Assembly (NCBI GenBank): GCA_030390025.1
Contig: JASTWF010000069.1
Location: 744,001-808,000 of the forward strand
Direction: 5' to 3'
Origin: Squalus acanthias
Lineage: Eukaryota
DNA length: 64,000 bases
Below the pieces are notes generated by a model, which made no database searches, was not told where the DNA came from, and saw nothing but the letters and a program-made list of their open reading frames with translations. Of this stretch, positions 36,916-50,500 are shown piece by piece; the first letter of the stretch is position 1, and each line of letters begins with the position of its first letter. Position numbers and translations under genes: made by a program.

Positions 36916-39900
36916 ACATCAAGATTTTAAAGTGACAAATGGTTAACCAAATGTCAAAGAGACAAATGATGAACCAATGTATCACAAGTGGGACCTGATG
37001 AACTGAAATGTCAAACCGACAAATGTTTCACCAAAACTCAAAGGGACGACATTTTATATCCTTTTTGGTTGGAATTATTTTTCCATTTTTGCCCATTTTT
37101 CGGGTTTTTGGTCGGGCTTAAAAAACGGCGGCCTGACGCCCGGCAGAGGCCGGGGATTCGGCTCCCCTGCGTAAGGGACCGTATCCGAACCGATTGAGGC
37201 CGAGAGACCCGAGTTCAGGCCGGAAAATGTTTTTCCCGAAATCGGCCGAAAATTAAAAAACATTTCCTGGCCGTCGGCCGGAGGGGCGTTCGACTGGGCA
37301 CCGGGAATCCACGTCTAACGGTGTCAAAACCGCATGGCTCCGACGCCGGAGTGCGGAGATATGGCCGTTCAAAGTTGTTCCGGAGGTCCGAAGGGATCTG
37401 ATTCGGCCGCCTTACCGGGGCTTCGGGTGATGATTTCCCGCTTTGGGAAGCGAATTGCTCCCGGCAAATGGACATGTGCATTTTCTGGCAACTTTTCAGA
37501 ACACTGGTTAATGAGTTGGCGGGCGGGAAATCATGAATTCAATCGGAAGTCTGGATGGAGAAATGAAAACTGGCCCTTTGCGGGGAATTGAGTGTTCCTG
37601 GTAGGACGGAGTTGGTTGTTCGAGCCGCTGATTTGACACTTGTCATTTCTGTACTTGGCGATTGTTGGGTTACCTGCAGAAAGGTGATCAATGCCACAGT
37701 CAAATGCCTCCCGTTCCGGACTGCCGTGTCCGATTTCGGTCGGGGATGGCTGGTTGGAAAGCCCCGGCGCCGGCGCTCACTATATTGCTGTGCTGGCCCC
37801 GGGCGAGTTCGGGAAAGTGTCGGAATCCCGTGCCGCCTGCGGGCCGTCGGTCAGCGAGCACGTCGTCGGTCATAACTTCAGGGAGGAAAGTCGGATCCGG
37901 ACCGGGTAAACGGCGCCTGAATGGGCTTGCGGGGCTGAAGAGACCGGGATCGACCCGGTGTAGCTGCGCCTTTGCCCGGCCGAGTGACGGCAGTCAGGCT
38001 GCAGACCGCTTTCCGACAGCTGAGTCGGCGGGCCGGCCACCGACCTTGGTGTCCGAGCGGCCTGGGCAGGCCGGGGGCAAGGGGCATCCAGCGGTACCGG
38101 AACGGTGTCGGTGCGACACCGGGAAGCCGGGTGCCGCTCGCTCCGAGTCCAGCCTGGGTTTTCCCGTTTAAAACGACGGGAATGAGTGCTGCCCTCCGGT
38201 GGTGGAATCCTGCCATTGCAGCTTTTCGTATACAATTACCATTTGCCCCGGTCGGCGGGGCGGCAGTCAAACGCCTGACGTTCCGGACTGGCGTGTCCGA
38301 TTTCGGTCGGCCATGGCTCGTTGGAAAGCCCCGGCGCTGGCGCACACTATATTGCTGCGCTGGCCCCGGGCCCGTTCGGGAAAGTGTCGGAATCGCCTGC
38401 CGCCTGCCGGGCCGTCGGTCAGCGGGCCGGGTATCGGGAATATCTTCGGGCAGGAATGTCGGATCCGGACCCGGTAAACGGCGCCTGAATGGGCTTGCGG
38501 GGCTGAAGAGACCAGTACCGACCCGGTGTAGCTGCGCCTTTGCCCGGCCGAGCTACGGCAGTCAGGCTGCAGACCGCTTTCCGACTGCTATATCGGCGGG
38601 CCGGCCACCGATCTGCTGGGGGGCGCCGTTTGCGGAAGCCGAGGGCAAGCGGCATCGGCCGGTACCAGAACCAGAGCGGTGGCCCACCGGGGAGCGTGTC
38701 GACAGGCGCCGAAACTTGGCAGGGTGACCCCGCCCGCTCCGCTGGAAAAGGTGCAAAATGCCGCAAAAACCACCCGGGGAGCTCGAGCCGAGTGGGAAAC
38801 GCTCATCTGGAAAACCGGGACATTTTTGAACAAAGTCGTCCATACGAACGAAAATTCTTGCAAAAGTGGCGCAGAGACTGAGTGGAAAAGTGACAAATGG
38901 AAAACCAAAAGTCAAAGGGACAAATAGTTAACCAAAGTCTCAAAAGAGGGAACTCAGTAACTGAAATGTCAAAGGGACGACATTTTATACCCTTTTTGGA
39001 TGGATTTTTTTTTCCATTTCTGCCAATTTGGACGGGCTTAAAAAACAGCCGCCTGACGCCCGGCAGAGACCGGGGATTCGCCTCCCCTGCGTAAGGGATC
39101 GTGTCCGAACCGATTGAGGCCGAGAGACCCGAGTTCAGGGCGGACATTTTTTTTCCCGAAATCGGCCGAAAATTTAAAAAAAATTCCCTGTCCGCCGGCC
39201 GGGACGGCGTTCGACTGGGCACCGGGAATCCGCGTCTAACGGTGTCAAAACCGCTTGTCTCCGACGCCGGAGTGCGGAGATATGGCCGTTCAAAGTTGTT
39301 CCGGAGGTCCGAATGGATCGGATTCGGCCGCCTTACCCGGGCTTCGGGTGATGATTTCCCGCTTGAGGAAGCGAGTTGCTCCCGGCGAATGGACATGTGC
39401 ATTTTCTGGCAAGTGTTCAGAACACTGGTTAATGAGTTGGCGGGCGGGAAATCTTGAACTCAATCGGAAGTTTGGATGGAGAAAAAAACTGGCCATTTGC
39501 GGGGATTTGGGTGCTCCTGGTCGGATCGAGGTGGCGGTTCGACCCGCTGATTTGACACTTGTCATTTCTGTCCTTGGGGGTTGGCGGGGTTCCTGCAGAA
39601 TGGTCGGAGGTGGCATTTCCAGACTCGGTCTGTTTTCCAGATTAATGTCTAGCGCCTCCAGGTCTGCAGAGACCGACCCGGGCTGCCGTCCCACCGACTT
39701 TTAACCCTTTTTGGGTGGAAATTATTTACAATTTTCGACCATTTTTCGGGTTTTTGGTCGGTCTTGAAAACGGCCGCCTGACGCCTGGCAGAGGCCGGGG
39801 CTTCGGCTCCCTTGCGGAAGGGACCGTATTCGACCCGATTCAGCCCCGAAAGTGGATCCAAAGTCGGCCGATAGACCCGAGTTCAGGTCCGGTGACGCCC

Positions 39901-40585
39901 CGGCGTCTAACTCAGTAACCAAAAATGAAAGACTTGGGTTGCTGGAGAGACTGAGTCCCGGGCTGGGCACATCATTAACCAAAAATGAAAAAGGCCAGGC
40001 TGAGTTTGGACCAGGGCCAACTGATTAACCAAAGTGCACACCGACCGGGCTGACATTGAGTGAGCTGCCCGTGGCTAGGGGGGTAGAAAGCGGCAGAGAG
40101 TCAAAACCCCGAAAATACGGAAGTCCGATGGGATCGGATTTGGCCGCCTTATTAGGGCGGAGTGTGAAGCCTTCCCGCTTGGGGAAGTGAGTTGCTCCCG
40201 GCAAATGGTGATGTGCCAATTCTGGGAAGTGTTCCCGAACCATGGTTAACGAGTTAGCAGGTGGGAAATCATTAACCAAGTCGGAAGTCCGGATGAAGGA
40301 AAAAAAATGCCATTTGCGGCGATTTGGGTGCTCCTGGTCGGACCGAGCTGGCCCTTTGACCCGCTGATTTGACACTTGTCATTTCTGTACTTGGGGGTTG
40401 GCGGGGTGCCCGGAGATTTACGGGAACACGATTTTCAGAACAAATTTTACACAGCGAGTACATTTTGAAAATGCCCGAAAAATGTAACTTTGCTAAAAGG
40501 CTCATTTTATCAAACTTGAGACCTTTCAAAGAGTAATCGAAAGTCATTAAAAATGGTATTGGTGGTTTTTTGACTTTGCTGACTT

Positions 40586-41552
40586 TATTGATATATATAA
40601 ATGACCTGGATATTGGAATACAGAGTAGAATTTCTAAATTTGCTGATGACACCAAACTTTGGGGGTGTGGCAAACAGTGATGATGATACCAATCGACTGC
40701 AACATGACATAGAAAGGCAAGCAGAATGGGCAGATATGTGGCAGATAGAATGTAATACACTGAAGTGTGAGGTGATACATTTTGGCAGAAGGAACAGGGA
40801 GAGGCAATATACACTTAATGGCACAGTTTTGAAGAATGTGCAGGGACAGAGGGACCTGGAAGTTAATGTGCATAGGTCCCTGAAGGTGGCGGGACATATT
40901 GAGAGAATGGTTAGCAAAGCATATGGGATCTTGGGCTTCAGAAATAGAGGTATTGAGTACAAAAGTAGAGAAGTTATGCTGAACCTTTATAAAGCGCTGG
41001 TTAGGCCACAACTGGAGTATTGCGTCCAGTTCTGGTCACCACACTTTAGGAAGGATGTGAAGGCACTTGAGAGGCTGCAGAGGAGATTTACCAGAATGGT
41101 TCCGGGGATGGGGGAATCTTAGCTACAAGGACAGGTTGGAGAAGTTGGATTTGTTTTCATTAGAGCAAAGGAGTTTGAGGGGTGATTTAATCGAGGTGTA
41201 CAAGATTATGACGGGTTTGGATAGGCTAGACGGGGAAAGGCTGTTCTCACTAGTTGATGGAACAAGGACTAGGGGACACAGATTTAAGATTTTGGGCAAG
41301 AGATACAGGGGGGCGTGAGGAAAAACTTTTTTACACAGTGAGTGGTGAGGGCATGGAACTCGCTGCTGACGGAAGTGGTGGAAGTGGAGACATTCAATGT
41401 TTTCAAGGGGAGACTGGATAGGCACTTGAGGGAAATAAACTTGCAGGGCTACAGGGATAGAGCGGGGGAATGGGACTGACTGGATTGCTCTACAGAGAGC
41501 CGGCACGGACTCGATGGGCCGAATGGCCTCCTTCTGTGCCGTATGACTCTAT
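40586..41552 (+). mobile_element. 5'-truncated CR1 LINE (part of a relic Siglec intron unit)
   Basis: Same subfamily as 18044-19395. Confidence 0.92.
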
Positions 41553-42451
41553 GGGGGAGAAATTCAGTATCGCCCCATTTGGGGCGCAATTATCGGCCGG
41601 GCACAAAGATTAGCGCCTGGCACTAATTATCGCCACCGACTGCAAACTTGACTTTTATCGCCCCTGGAGGTAATTGGAGTGCTAAATCAGGCGCTTCACA
41701 CCTGTCTTAAGGCGCAAAGGCCGAGGAGCGAGGTGCTACCTCAGAGCGCTGGCGAAGCTCATGTAATGTCAGTCAGCAATGGAACACACACACAATGGCA
41801 CGGGCCAGTTCTTAAAGGGGATGGTTAATCTCACTTTCCATCCACAACCTGCTAATTGCAACCTTGAATCTCGGCCTGGAGAGACCTGCACATCAAATCT
41901 GCTGGAAAGAACAATGGAGAGTACCAGGCAAAGAGCTCAGAGTGCAGCCCCCACAGTCTCTTCTAAATCGATACAAGGAATGGCAAATCAAAATGAACCT
42001 GCAAAGTGCTGCTCAGTACCCAAAACTCCTTCACACAACGTTGAAACTCTCCAGAAGTCTCTCTCTCTCTCTCTCTCTCTCAGAATGCATAGTTCAAAAA
42101 TGGCACCAACAATAAAAGGCAGGAAGCGGTCACCTTTAAATAGCGCTCCCCCTTTCCCTTCATGACTGCAGAACACTCAACTCAAACTGTCGTTGCTAGC
42201 ATCAGGCGGTAAGGCAGGGGGCGCCACTCAATATCCGCTCCGGGGCGATAACAGGGCGTTGCGCACTCGACTGACGTCACGATCTGCCGGTGCAGGAGAT
42301 CGTGGCGGTAGTTTTTAGCACCGCCGCAAAATGTCTAGTTAATTTCACGAGCGGCGCAAACTTCGCCGCGCCTGGGTGCTAGATGCTTTGCGTCCCATTA
42401 GCGCCCTCTTAAGGTGCTAACGGGAGGCGCAACCAACTGAATTTTTCCCCC
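41553..42451. mobile_element. MITE family B, 3-bp TSD TAT
   Basis: GGGGGAGAAATTCAG / CTGAATTTTTCCCCC TIRs; TAT at 41550-41552 and 42452-42454. Confidence 0.85.
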
Positions 42452-44583
42452 TATGACTCTAATGATTCAGGATGGAGATAGTGGCGTGAGTTCTGACGGC
42501 TCCTAATCCACTGTTCCTGCCTTGTAAGTCAGCACAGAATATACCTCAATGGATGCGTCATTTAGGCATTGTGTTGGGTGGAAGATTTGCTTCAGTCACC
42601 AGGGTCCTGAGGTCTGTGAGCCAATATAGAATGAACTTGTCCACTCCCGTGTCAACGATTCCCTTCCATCCGTTGGATTGATGGAGCCATCTGTGTGGAG
42701 AGGTAAGTGTGTGAGGTGAGGGAGAAGTGAGAGAAAATGTTAACTTACCTTTGTTTCTTCCTGCAGGCTTCAACAGTTGGGGATGCGGAGAGTCTCGCAT
42801 CTCACCGGCAGAGATGACAGAATGCTCGTTGCATTCTCCAATGCAACAACCATCTGATTTCTGCTCACAAAAGAGGTTTGATGAGTCTTGAGTACAAGGA
42901 CTCATCAAACAACAGAGAATGTCAGTGTTTGACAGCGTCACAGAGCTGTCAAACTATGACAAGTCATCTGTCCAAAATCTTTGACAGATGAAACGTCACA
43001 CGCTGACGTTCTCTGTAACCAGCTTCCCCTTAATTGGCCTGCTAAACCTGCTGGGCGGGCTAAACAAGGTCAACCAAGGGGAACTAGCGTGGGTTGGCCA
43101 CAAGTCGATGGAGGCGGGACTGAAACCCGACAAGCAGCAGTCCCTCTGTAGCTTTCAGAAGCTCTTTATAATAATTTGTCCGTGACTACACAAACCACTC
43201 TGGGTCCAGGTATATTGTGTATCAGTAAAACAGGTTTATTGTGCATTAAACATCCAGTACAAGGAAATAATAATTAACAAGAAGATAGTCGCAGTCTGTT
43301 CATTGCACCCCAGCGTTCCTTCCGAGTGACTCTTTAACACTTGCTGTGTTCTGTTGACTGAAGCTTCTCATCCTCTGGTTTCGCGCTGCTTTCAGTGTTC
43401 AACAGCTGTTCTGCAAAAACATTATGCCTTGGAATTTCTGCTGACCGCAGGTGCTGGGGGGCATCACAAGCAGCCTTATTATTGCACAAACACACTTCTC
43501 ATTGCTAGAAAAGTGAGGGAAAGAACGAGGGAGACTCAGAGTTGCAGATAATGGAGGCCTAGAGCCTGTGCCTGGACACAGAGAACCCGCCGTGCCTATG
43601 GTTGGATGGGTTTCTCCACAGTTCCGGCTCTTGGGGGACATCCTGGTGGGTTTGGTCTCGGTCTCAGTGTAGAAGGGCCAGCAAGGACACCGATCCGGAC
43701 AGGTGCAGACACGCAGGGGGAGGAGGAGGATCGGGTGAAATGGGCCAGGCCTTCTAACCAAAGGGGGAAAGAGCGACGGGCGCGAGCAAAAGCCGTTGGG
43801 GGGACAAAATGGTTCAAATTGGATAGTGGGCTGGGAGGTGAAAGGTCAAACTCAATGGCCAACTTCAGAAAGCTCAGTCTATTGGGGGAAAAACACATTC
43901 AGGAAGCCCAGAGTTGGAGCTGTTGGGGGGGAAATGTTTAATGAGATGGGAGAAGCAGATGGATATACCCTAAAGAAGGTTTTTTTGTGAAAGAATGAGT
44001 TTATTGGCTGGGATTGAGGCTTCCTGGAGGAGGGTGACAGGACAAGGAGGATAACAAGTCTTCTTTCTCTTCTGTGCCCAGTGCCACATTCTTCGACAAA
44101 ACCTCCCAAACACATCACCTCCAGCACCACTCCTGGAAGGACAAGGACATCCGGCGCATGTGAACAGGGGAGAGTTCTTTCAGCGAGCTAGCACAGGGGG
44201 AGACGGGCCGAATGGGGGAAGGGTGGAGGAACGGGACTAAGTGGATAGCTCTTTCAGGCGTGATGGGCCCAATGGTCTCCTCCTGAGCCATCGAATTCCC
44301 TGACTTTACGCAGGGAGCTCATATCAGCTTCTCCGCCCATCACATTGGATGATTGTGTGTGAGAGGTGTTTGTGCGGAGAGAGGCGGACCTTTGAATCTC
44401 CTGCCCCAATGAGTCAGCATCAAGTTGTCCCTGGTCAAGCATTGCATCCCAATCACATCAAATGCAAAACCTTTCCGTCCCTTCCCTCCTCCCAACATCT
44501 CCCCCAGCAGGTTGTCTGTTGTTACCCGGAATCTCAAACACACCCCACCCCTCATTCCTCACCTCCTCCCATCACACCTCCTC

Positions 44584-47000
44584 ACATAGAAACATAGAAG
44601 ATAGGAGCAGGAGTAGGCCAGTCGGCCCCTCGAGCCTGCTCCACCATTCGATGAGATCATGGCTGATCATCCAAATTCAGTACCCTGTCCCTGCCTTCTC
44701 CCCATATCCCTTGATACCTTTAGCCTTAAGAAATATATCTAACTCCTTCTTGAATATATTTACTGACTTGGCCTCAACTGCCTTCTGTGGTAGAGAATTC
44801 CATAGGTTCACCACTCTCTGGGTGAAGAAATTCCTCCTCATCTCTGTCCTAAATGGCTTACCCCTTATCTTTAGACTGTGACCTCTTGTTCTGGACTCCC
44901 CCGCCATCGGGAACATCCTTCCTGCATCCAGTCTGTCTAGCCCTGTTAGAATTTTATAAGTTTCAATGAGATATCCTCTCATTCTTCTAAACTCCAGCGA
45001 CTATAAGCCCAATCGACCCAATCTCTCCTCGTACGTCATTCCTGCCATCCCAGGTATCAGTCTGGTGAATCTTCGCTGCACTCCCTCCATGGCAAGAACA
45101 TCCTTCCTCAGATAAGGCGACCAAAACTGCACACAATACTCAAGGTGTGGTCTCACCAAGGCCCTGTACAGCTGCAGCAAGTCATCCTTGTTCCTGTACT
45201 TAAACCCTCTCGCTACGAAGGCCAACATACCATTTGCCTTCTTAACCACCTGCTGTACCTGCATGCTTACCTTCAGCGACTGGTGCACAAGGACACCCAG
45301 GTCTCGTTGCACTTCCCCTTCTCCCAATCTATTGCCGTTCAGATAATAATCTGCCTTTCTGTTTTTGCCACTAAAGTGGATAACCTCGCATTTATCCACA
45401 TTATACTGCATCTGCCATGCTTCTGCCTGTTGGTGAAAAATAATTTCACTCGAGTCTGTCTCAAAGCAAAATATCACAGTTTATTATTCAAAGCACATTG
45501 GGAGAAGAGTCATAGACCCCCGCGGTCTAGTGACCAGCTTCTCAATTTAATAGTAGCAGCCAAGCTTCTTTATACACTTCAAGAAGCCAGAAAGTACAAA
45601 CATCAGCAGTTATTACATCATGAGTGACCGTAAGTCAGGGTCTCTAAAAACAACCTGATTAGAATTTTACAATGTTAGCGAAACCCATTCCCTAGTTCTG
45701 CTTTTGTCTAATGGTGGTTAGCCATCTGGGCTGCAAGGTTTATTCTTGCTCCATCATAGCTTCGGTCAACCTGAGTTGTCTGTTGGTGATTGGACACCAT
45801 TCAAGGTTAGTTTATTATAGACAACAATGATTCACGTTTTGTTCTGCAGTGTCTGCATTATCTATACCGCAGACCAAGCAAGCAGGTTCTTATTTAATTA
45901 CACCACTGTCTCCATTGGCTTGTGGCCTTCGGGAGATATTTTGACCTTTACTCTAGTCCTGTAAGCAGTCCAACTAACTTTAAGCATTACAACTGATTTG
46001 CCCTTACATTATTACAATTAATTTTACCCTTACATGCCTAATCACCCAACCTGTCCAAATCATACTGGAGTTTCTCGGCATCCTACTCGCAGCACACACG
46101 CCCACCCAGCTTTGTGTCATCTGCAAACTTGGAGATATTACATCTAGTTCCCTCGTCTAGATCATTAATATATATAGTGAATAGCTGGGGTCCTAGGACC
46201 GATCCCTGCGGAACCCCACTAGTCACTGCCTGCCACTCGGAAAAAGACCCGTTTATTCCAACTCTTTGCTTCCTGTCTGCCAACCAGTTCTCTATCCAAG
46301 TCAGTACCTTGCCCCCAATCCCAGGTGCCTTAACTTTACACGCGAATCTCTTATGCGGGACCTTATCGAACGCCTTCTGAAAGTCCAAATACACCACATC
46401 CACTGGTTCTCCCTTATCTATTCTATCAGTTACATCCTCAGAAAATTCCAGTAGATTAGTCAAGCACGATTTACCTTTTGTAAATCCATGTTGACTTTGT
46501 CCAATCCTGTCACTGTTTTCCAAGTGCTCTGCTATTACATCTTTTATAATGGACTCTAGCATTTTCCCCACAACCGATGTCAGGCTTACCGGTCTATAAT
46601 TCCCCGTTTTTTTTTTACCACCTTTTTTGAACATTGGGGTAACATTAGCTACCCTCCAATCCATGGGAACTGCTCCAGAGTCTATAGAATTTTGGAAGAT
46701 GACCAGCAATGCATCTACTATTTCTAGGGCCACTTCCTTAAGTACCCTAGGATGTAGATTATCAGGCCCTGGGGATTTATCGGCCTTTAATGCCGTCAAT
46801 TTCCCTAACACTATTTCCCTACAAATACTGATTTCATTCAGTTCCTCCCTCTCATTAGACCTATGTTCCCCGACATCTCTGGGAGGTTATTTGTGTCCTC
46901 CTATGTGAAGACAGAGCCAAAGTATGTATTTAATTGTTCTGCCATTTCTTTGTTCCCCATTATAAATTCCCCTGATTCTGACTGCAAGGGACCTATGCTT
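44584..47000 (-). mobile_element. CR1 LINE (second subfamily) interrupted by a solo LTR
   Basis: [24 protein letters not shown] and [10 protein letters not shown]; TTCTATGT tail. Confidence 0.93.
45428..46034 (-). mobile_element. 607-bp solo LTR, TSD TGCC
   Basis: TG...CA termini. TGCC at 45424-45427 and 46035-46038. TATAAA (~45572) and AATAAA (~45480) on the - strand. Confidence 0.88.
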
Positions 47001-47004
47001 GACT

Positions 47005-47305
47005 AATCACCCCACACCCCCTCACCCCCTCACCCCTCACCCCGTCACCTCCTCAACCCTCCCCCCTCACCCATCACTTCCTCACCCCTCACCTCACCCA
47101 CTCACCCCTCACCCCCTCACCACTCAACCCCTCACAACCCTCAACCCCTCCCCCCTCACAACCCTGACGCCCCTCACCCCTTCACCCCTCACCCCTCACC
47201 TCCTCACCCATTACCCCCCACCTCCTCACCCCTCACCTCCTCACCCCTCACCCCCACCTCCTCACCCCTCACCCCTCACCTCCTCACCCCTCACCCCTCG
47301 CCCCG
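47005..47305. repeat. (CCCCTCA)n-like low-complexity tract in the 3' UTR of the inhibitory Siglec
   Basis: C-rich tract starting ~15 nt after the stop codon; GGGGTGA repeats on the mRNA strand. Confidence 0.9.
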
Positions 47306-47319
47306 TTTCATGCTCAGTT

Positions 47320-47562
47320 TCACTGAAATCTGATCTCTGCGTATTCCGTGCCCTCGTCCTTGTCAACAGTCCCGTCGCCATTGGACAGCTTTAAGAAGTT
47401 GATGCTGGCGTACAGAAGGTCCTCGTGCTTGGCGGGTTGTCCATGTCCAGCATCTCCTCCCGCCCGACCTTCAGAGAGACCCCGGGGAGCTGGTGTCTCC
47501 GCCTCGCTCGTTGCATCACTGGTTACATTCCAGGAGTCAGGAACCGTCTCGCACTGCGAACC
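47320..47562 (-). CDS. Terminal cytoplasmic exon with ITIM (LLYASI) and ITIM-like motif (TEYAEI)
   Basis: tttgctttgtag|GGT..., 80 aa GSQCETV...HEDLLYASINFLKL...EGTEYAEIRFQ then TGA. This is the tail layout typical of CD33-related Siglecs. Confidence 0.92.
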   Translation of the reverse strand, partial: GSQCETVPDSWNVTSDATSEAETPAPRGLSEGRAGGDAGHGQPAKHEDLLYASINFLKLSNGDGTVDKDEGTEYAEIRFQ

Positions 47563-50500
47563 CTACAAAGCAAATGGAAGCACAAGACATTCTCAGGTCA
47601 TTTCCCGGGGCTGATGGGGTGAAATGATTGCACAGACTAACCAGTGTAAGTTGTGGCTGAGTGGGTTTAACACTCGCTCGCTCGTCTCTGAGTCAGAAGG
47701 TCGTTGGTTCGAGTCCCCACTCCAGAGACTTGAGCCCCATAATTCACAAGCTCAGGACATCCCAAAACACTTCAAAGCCAATGAAATACTTCGTGATGTT
47801 GGTTGAGGGATAAAAATTGCTCCTTGACTCTGGGGAGAACTTCCCCTGCTCTTCGCAATATTAGCCATGGGATCTTCCATGTTAACCTTACAGGTTTAAT
47901 GTCTCATCTGAAAAACTGCCCCTACGACGGTGCAGCGCTCCCTCAGTACTGCCCCTCCGACAGTGCGGCGCTCCCTCAATACTGCCCCTCCGACGGTGCA
48001 GCGCTCCCTCAGTACCGCCCCTCCGACAGTGCGGCACTCCCTCAGTACTGCCCCTCCGACAGTGCAGCGCTCCCTCAGTACTGCCACTCCGACGGTGCAG
48101 CGCTCCCTCAGTGCTGCCCCTCCGACAGTGCGGCGCTCCCTCAGTACTGCCCCTCTGACAGTGCGGTGCTCCCTCAGTACTGCCCCTCCGACAGTGCGGC
48201 GCTCCCTCAGTACCGCCCCTCCGACAGTGCAGCGCTCCCTCAGTACTGCCCCTCCGACAGTGCGGCGCTCCCTCAGTACTGCCCCTCCGACAGTGCGGCA
48301 CTCCCTCAGTACTGCCCCTCCGACAGTGCGGTGCTCCCTCAGTACTGACCCTCCGACAGTGCGGCACTCCCTCAGTACTGCCCCTCCGACAGTGCGGTGC
48401 TCCCTCAGTACTGCCCCTCCGACAGTGCGGCGCTCCCTCAGTACTGCCCCTCCGACAGTGCGGTGCTCCCTCAGTACTGCCCCTCCGACGGTGCAGCGCT
48501 CCCTCAGTACTGACCCTCCGACAGTGCAGCGCTCCCTCAGTACTGCCCCTCCGACAGTGCGGCGCTCCCTCAGTACTGCCCCTCCGACAGTGCGGCACTC
48601 CCTCAGTACTGCCCCTCCGACAGTGCGGTGCTCCCTCAGTACTGCCCCTCCGACAGTGCGGCGCTCCCTCAGTACTGCCCCTCCGACAGTGCGGCACTCC
48701 CTCAGTACTGCCCCTCCGACAGTGCGGTGCTCCCTCAGTACTGCCCCTCCGACGGTGCAGCGCTCCCTCAGTACTGATACTGGGGAGTGTCGGCCTGGAT
48801 TATGGGCTCAAGTCTCTGGAGTGGGGACTTGAACCCACGACCTTCTGACTCAGAGTCGAGAGGGAGATTTGTAAACCCACTGAGCCACGACTGACATCTC
48901 AGGCAGAAATTCGTGGGCAACCTGTCTGGGAATCTCCAACACGTGTTGTCTACACCCTGAGATTGAGGCTTCAGACTAAGTGCAAACAGCTTCTGTACCT
49001 GGTGCTTGGCGGAGAGTGGACTGGTGGTCATTGCAATGTCACTGGGCTCTGAAGCTCTCTCCTCAGTCGCTGCCTTTCTCCTGAAATAGCCGAATATCAC
49101 ACTGCGGTTATATCTCAGAGTGTAACGTTACAGCAACTACTGGACTGTCTCTTTAAATCGCTTCTGTCCACAGACATAGAATCACACAGCACAGAAAGAG
49201 GCCATTTCGCCCTTTGTTCCTGTGCTGGCTCTTTGAACGAGCTCTCCAATTAGCCCCACTCCCCCCCTGCTCTTTCCCCACAGCCCTGTGAATTTTTCCC
49301 CTTCAAGTATTTATCCAATTCCCCTTTTGAAAGTCGCTGTTGAATCTGCTTCCACCGCCCTTTCAGGCAGCGCGTTCCTGATCACAACAGCTGGACACTG
49401 AGCCGTGAAAGGCACACTCCAGGTCATAGCGGACGCAGGGACCGCTCACGGGGAGTGGCGTCTGCTGCTGAACCCGAGGGAAACAGTCACTGACTCAAGG
49501 AGAGATGATTGGAGTAAAGATTTAAAATACAATGAAACCTTCGCACTTACTTTCGCACGCACTCGAAGATTACGAATCCAGCCAGTGCAATGCTCAGTGC
49601 GATCCCAGCAGCAAGCAATCCTACTCTCCATTCATTGCCGTCTCCACCTGGAAAAACTGCCATCAATTCATTAATTTTTAGCCATTCATTATCAGGGTGT
49701 GAGCGTTGCTGGCAAGGCCATCCATAGTTGGACGGTGTAAGATTCTAAACACTGTAATTAAACCGCTGCTACCGTCTGGAGATCCAGGTTCAGAATGAAT
49801 TGTGAATTGGTTACAGACAGATTCAAAATGTAGGAGGTGAGCATGTGTTCTTTGTTTGTGAAGACACAGAATGGTGGAAGTCAGCAGGGGGTCCCTTGCC
49901 TGGTGGTCAGTCTGGTCCTTAGTTTGTAAGGCCACATGGACAGGAAGGAGAAACACCGGGTGAAGAGGAAGTCCCGTCCCATCCCCCCACACACCTCACA
50001 GGAACATGAACGTGTCATGCAGGAGGAACGCCAATCAGGGAAGGTTTAGAGTGAAACTGACCTATCAGAGGGATGGCAGACAGTGATATACAAGGGGGGC
50101 TGGCAGAAAGGCCCTAGAAAGAGTGACCCAGAGGCGGGGAATTCAGAACACAGAAGGTACAAAGAAGACAGAACGCAAGAGCAGACGGACAGAGGAAGCT
50201 GGCCAGTCTATGTTTCAATTTTAAACTTTTCTGTATTGATCACGCAGAGATAAAGGAGTATGTATGAAAGTCGGACATGGAGCTTAGATATTGTTAAAAG
50301 GGGGACTTTTATGTACGGTTGACTTGGAATATAAATCGCCCAGAGGTAGCGGGTAAATTGCTGGGCCGTACTTTAATGTACGGGTAAATTGGGCGCATAT
50401 TGATTGCGATTGTACACTTGAATTTTGAACTGTAGTGTGAATAAAGACCAATTATATTGATCACATACTTGTCTCTCATTGTTACGCTTATTCGTAATTC

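Larger units (their letters stand above)
31715..40585. repeat. CpG-rich macrosatellite, ~1.9-2.15-kb units with ~0.55-kb internal sub-duplications
   Basis: Landmarks recur: aaaccacccggggagctcgagcc at ~32190, 34145 and 38767; ctggttaatgagttggcgggcgggaaatc-like at ~32883, 37504, 39425 and 40242. The array is interrupted by a Gypsy element. Confidence 0.85.

Noticed and set aside
31715-40585. GC-rich region as rRNA, a viral insert or protein-coding sequence (251-aa ORFs)
   Set aside because: No conserved rRNA or protein motifs were recognised; the ORFs reflect GC content and are repeated with the satellite.
48790-48890. tRNA gene
   Set aside because: The A and B boxes belong to a SINE head; there is no cloverleaf.
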